Shown piece by piece: positions 5,934 through 5,971 of a stretch of 5,971 nt of DNA. Origin of the DNA: Amoeboradix gromovi X-113 (taxonomy: Eukaryota > Fungi > Sanchytriomycota); assembly GCA_018985225.1 (NCBI GenBank), contig JADGIF010000612.1:1-5971 (forward strand), given 5' to 3'. A program made the translations under genes and the position numbers. Every line of letters begins with the position of its first letter. The stretch's first letter is position 1. Below the pieces are notes generated by a model that was not told the origin of the DNA, made no database searches, and worked only from the letters and a program-made list of their open reading frames with translations.

Positions 5934-5971
5934 AAATCATTAGTTTTGGGACACCAAATATAAAAACTAGA

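Larger units (their letters stand above)
5572..5971 (-). mobile_element. Possible non-autonomous Helitron-like element (3' end signature at 5606-5572)
   Basis: On the - strand: a 20-nt hairpin, an 11-nt spacer, CTAG, then T. The - strand at the window edge begins TC. No coding capacity, and copy number is unknown. Confidence 0.25.

Overview
AT-rich, very gene-dense eukaryotic DNA in the standard genetic code, with apparently intronless CDSs and spacers as short as 15-80 bp. It contains five CDSs: a small Sel1-repeat protein (+), a divergent WDR92/DNAAF10 (+), a secreted, probably GPI-anchored Lys/His- plus Pro/Glu-repeat protein (-), a 550-aa protein that reads by eye as a strongly miniaturised DOCK-family protein (-), and a Yippee/YPEL zinc-binding protein (-). 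WDR92 in such a compact genome suggests a reduced zoosporic or flagellate lineage such as an early-diverging fungus (inference). The three long non-coding stretches are structured. 3170-3435 is a multi-hairpin ncRNA candidate with RNase P-like motifs. 5565-5971 carries a 10-nt telomere-template-like motif, several hairpins, a possible pseudoknot, a Helitron-like 3' end and a 12-bp direct repeat cut by the window edge. 1-90 has a weak U6-like arrangement. All homology calls are by-eye comparisons with remembered family motifs; no search was run.
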